NCBI RefSeq assembly: GCF_009834535.1
Contig: NC_045697.1
Span: forward strand, 61,134,001 to 61,198,000
Reading direction: 5' to 3'
DNA length: 64,000 nt
Origin: Camelus ferus
Lineage: Eukaryota
This document shows, piece after piece, positions 61,661 to 64,000 of the stretch (its first letter is position 1; each line of letters begins with the position of its first letter). The notes beneath the pieces are model-generated. The model was not told the DNA's origin. It did no database searches and saw only the letters and a list, made by a program, of their open reading frames with translations. The position numbers and the translations under genes are program-made.

Positions 61661-63122
61661 ATTGTTGAACAACTATTCTTTCATATAATTTGGTCTACTT
61701 TCTGTATCTCAGTTTACCTGTCCTTTAAAATATTTTCATTTGGTTAAAATTATTTATCAAGAATTTGTCCTAATAAACATCCTGAAAACCTGTGTTGGCT
61801 CTTCTCCTTAGACAGCTAATAATAAAATAGCCTACTTTTATCATTTTCATCCTATGACTAAATTTTTGTGTTTTCTTTTCCAGCTACTTACTGAATAGAT
61901 TCATACTAACTAGATAAAAATGATGCCAAGAAAATACATTTCAGATCCATGAGTCTATCTGTATAACTGGGTATGTGGACCCTAGATCTCTAGTGAATCA
62001 AAATGGTCCATTGCAATTGTCCTAAGTTTGAGCAGATCATTGGGATTTCTAAAATTGACTCTTTATCCTATTGTTTCTTTTTACCTATAAAATAGTGATG
62101 CTTTCCTTACCTTGTAAAAATTTTGTAAGGAGTAACTACTAAACTTGTATTACGGAGTTTTAGAAGTCTGTGTGTAGTTTTCATTGCATGCTATAACAAA
62201 TACAGAAGGGAGGAGTAAATACTGATATTGTAGAATATCTGAGGATCCTAATGCCAAAGGCAATTAAAAAAGAAATGTCCTTAAAGAGAAAAGTAATTAT
62301 GATAATTTAAAAGAGATGTTCAACCCAGTAATTTAAGTTAAAAATCTATAGTCTCCAGATTTAAAAAAAAATGACATTTATAGACGTGTTTAAGCAACAT
62401 TATAATCTCATTATAAAAATATTACTAAACATGGTCAACACCTACATTTAAAATAAGGACTTAAAAAAGTAAAATTGTGTTCAGAAGGAAAATGTTTAAC
62501 ATTTTGTATTTTATGCCAACAAAAAGGAAACCTAAGGTAATTTAGCAGATATTTCTTCCCAAGTTACTATCTCAAGCAAAAAGCACCAACACATTACAAA
62601 TAGAAGTACATATAATCAGGAATGTTAAAATCCTTTGAGAGGTTTGAAAATTCACCCAGTAAATCACCAAAGAAAAGTCAAAGGTTTTATAATGCCTTCT
62701 GTTGTGTGTATTTGATGACTGTGTTTCGGCTTGTTTGGGGTGAACAAAGTGGTGCCCTCAAGTTGTATTAATGAGGAGAAAATTGCAACATAGAAAAGAT
62801 CAAGGCTTCAATTAAAGTTGACCTGAACAAAGGCAGGAGAACAGTATAGTAGCATGAAAATTTCCTTATATAGCTCTTAACGAAATATTCAGTTAGAAAG
62901 ACTTAAAAAATGGAAATTAACCATAAATTACTGCAGTGAAGAATTATGTAATTAACTTTTTTTTTCATTTTCTAGTCAAATTATATACATAAAAGAATAA
63001 CTTTTTAATTTGAATCATAAGAATATCACTGCATTTAGATTTGCAGGATATTTCATTTTATTCTTTTCATAGTTACATTGAGTCATAATTACCAGTAACC
63101 CATTAATTAAATATCAAAAATA

Positions 63123-64000
63123 TTTTTTTAACATTTTTTATTGATTTATAATCATTTTACAATGTTGTGTCAATTCCAGTTTTCAGCACAATTTTTCATT
63201 CATGGACATATACACACTCATTGTCACATTTTTTTTCTCTGTGAGTTATCATAACATTTTGTGTATATTCCCTGTGCTATACAGTTGTAATCTTGTTTAT
63301 CTATTCTACAGTTTTGAAATCCCAGTCTATCCCTTCCCACCCTCCACCCCCCTGACAACCACAAGTCTGTATTCTCTGTCTGTGGTCTATTTCTGTGCTG
63401 TATTTACGCTTTGTTTTTGTTTGTTTGTTTGTTTTTATTTTTGTTTTTTAGATTCCACATATGAGCGATCTCATATGGTATTTTTTCTTCTCTTTCTGGC
63501 TTACTTCACTTAGAATGACATTCTCCAGGAGCATCCATGTTGCTGCAAATGGCATTATGTTGTCGGTTTTTATGGCTGAGAGTAGTATTCCATTGTATAA
63601 ATATACCACCTCTTCTTTATCCAGTCACCTGTTGATGGACATTTAGGCTGTTTCCATGTTTTGGCTATTGTAAATAGTGCTGCTATGAACATTGGGGTGC
63701 AGGTGTCATCCTGAAGTAGGTAGGGTTCCTTCTGGATACAAGCCCAGGAGTGGGATTCCTGGGTCATATGGTAAGTCTATTCCTAGTCTTTTAAGGAATC
63801 TCCACACTGTTTTCCATAGTGGCTGCACCAAACTGCATTCCCACCAGCAGTGTAGGAGGGTTCCCCTTTCTCCACAGCCTCTCCAGCATTTGTCATTTGT
63901 GGATTTTTGAATGACGGCCATTCTGACTGGTGTGAGGTGATACCTCATTGTAGTTTTGATTGCATTTCTCTGATAATTAGTGATATTGAGCATTTTTTCA
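63123..64000 (-). mobile_element. Young lineage-specific L1, 3' UTR and ORF2 C-terminus, runs off the window
   Basis: ORF peptides [52 protein letters not shown] and [25 protein letters not shown]...WIKK.WYIYTMEYYS are the ORF2 Cys-rich end. polyT at 63123. Confidence 0.95.

Noticed and set aside
1..64000. CRISPR arrays, operons or other prokaryotic systems
   Set aside because: The sequence is mammalian, and I saw no regularly spaced repeat-spacer array or gene-dense region.

Overview
AT-rich, repeat-dominated mammalian DNA with no intact protein-coding gene that I can support. A Vic-1-type tRNA-derived SINE at 57133-57301 and artiodactyl/camelid-type L1 tails point to a camelid. Most of the window is L1, L2, MIR, MaLR/ERVL and ERV1 solo-LTR and DNA-transposon remnants, often nested. 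Repeat family names and gene matches come from remembered consensus sequences, not from a database search. Main points: (1) two processed pseudogenes abut on the minus strand with no spacer, a 5'-truncated RPL9 retrocopy (54477-53929, with polyA signal and tail) followed directly by an intronless RXRG ligand-binding-domain retrocopy (53928-53337). This is the layout expected of an L1 template-switch chimera. (2) A 3.24-kb inverted triplication (37942-41178 / N-gap / inverted 41279-44497 / 44501-47742) has its foldback on a pre-existing quasi-palindrome. Its differences are almost all homopolymer indels, so an assembly artefact is more likely than a real variant. (3) An 87-bp internal L1 endonuclease-coding fragment is inserted between 15-bp direct repeats with no polyA. 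(4) Six ERV1-type solo LTRs are all minus-oriented, three of them nested in LTR33-like remnants, and one has a TSD that grew into a microsatellite. (5) A few + strand splice-flanked, non-coding exon candidates.
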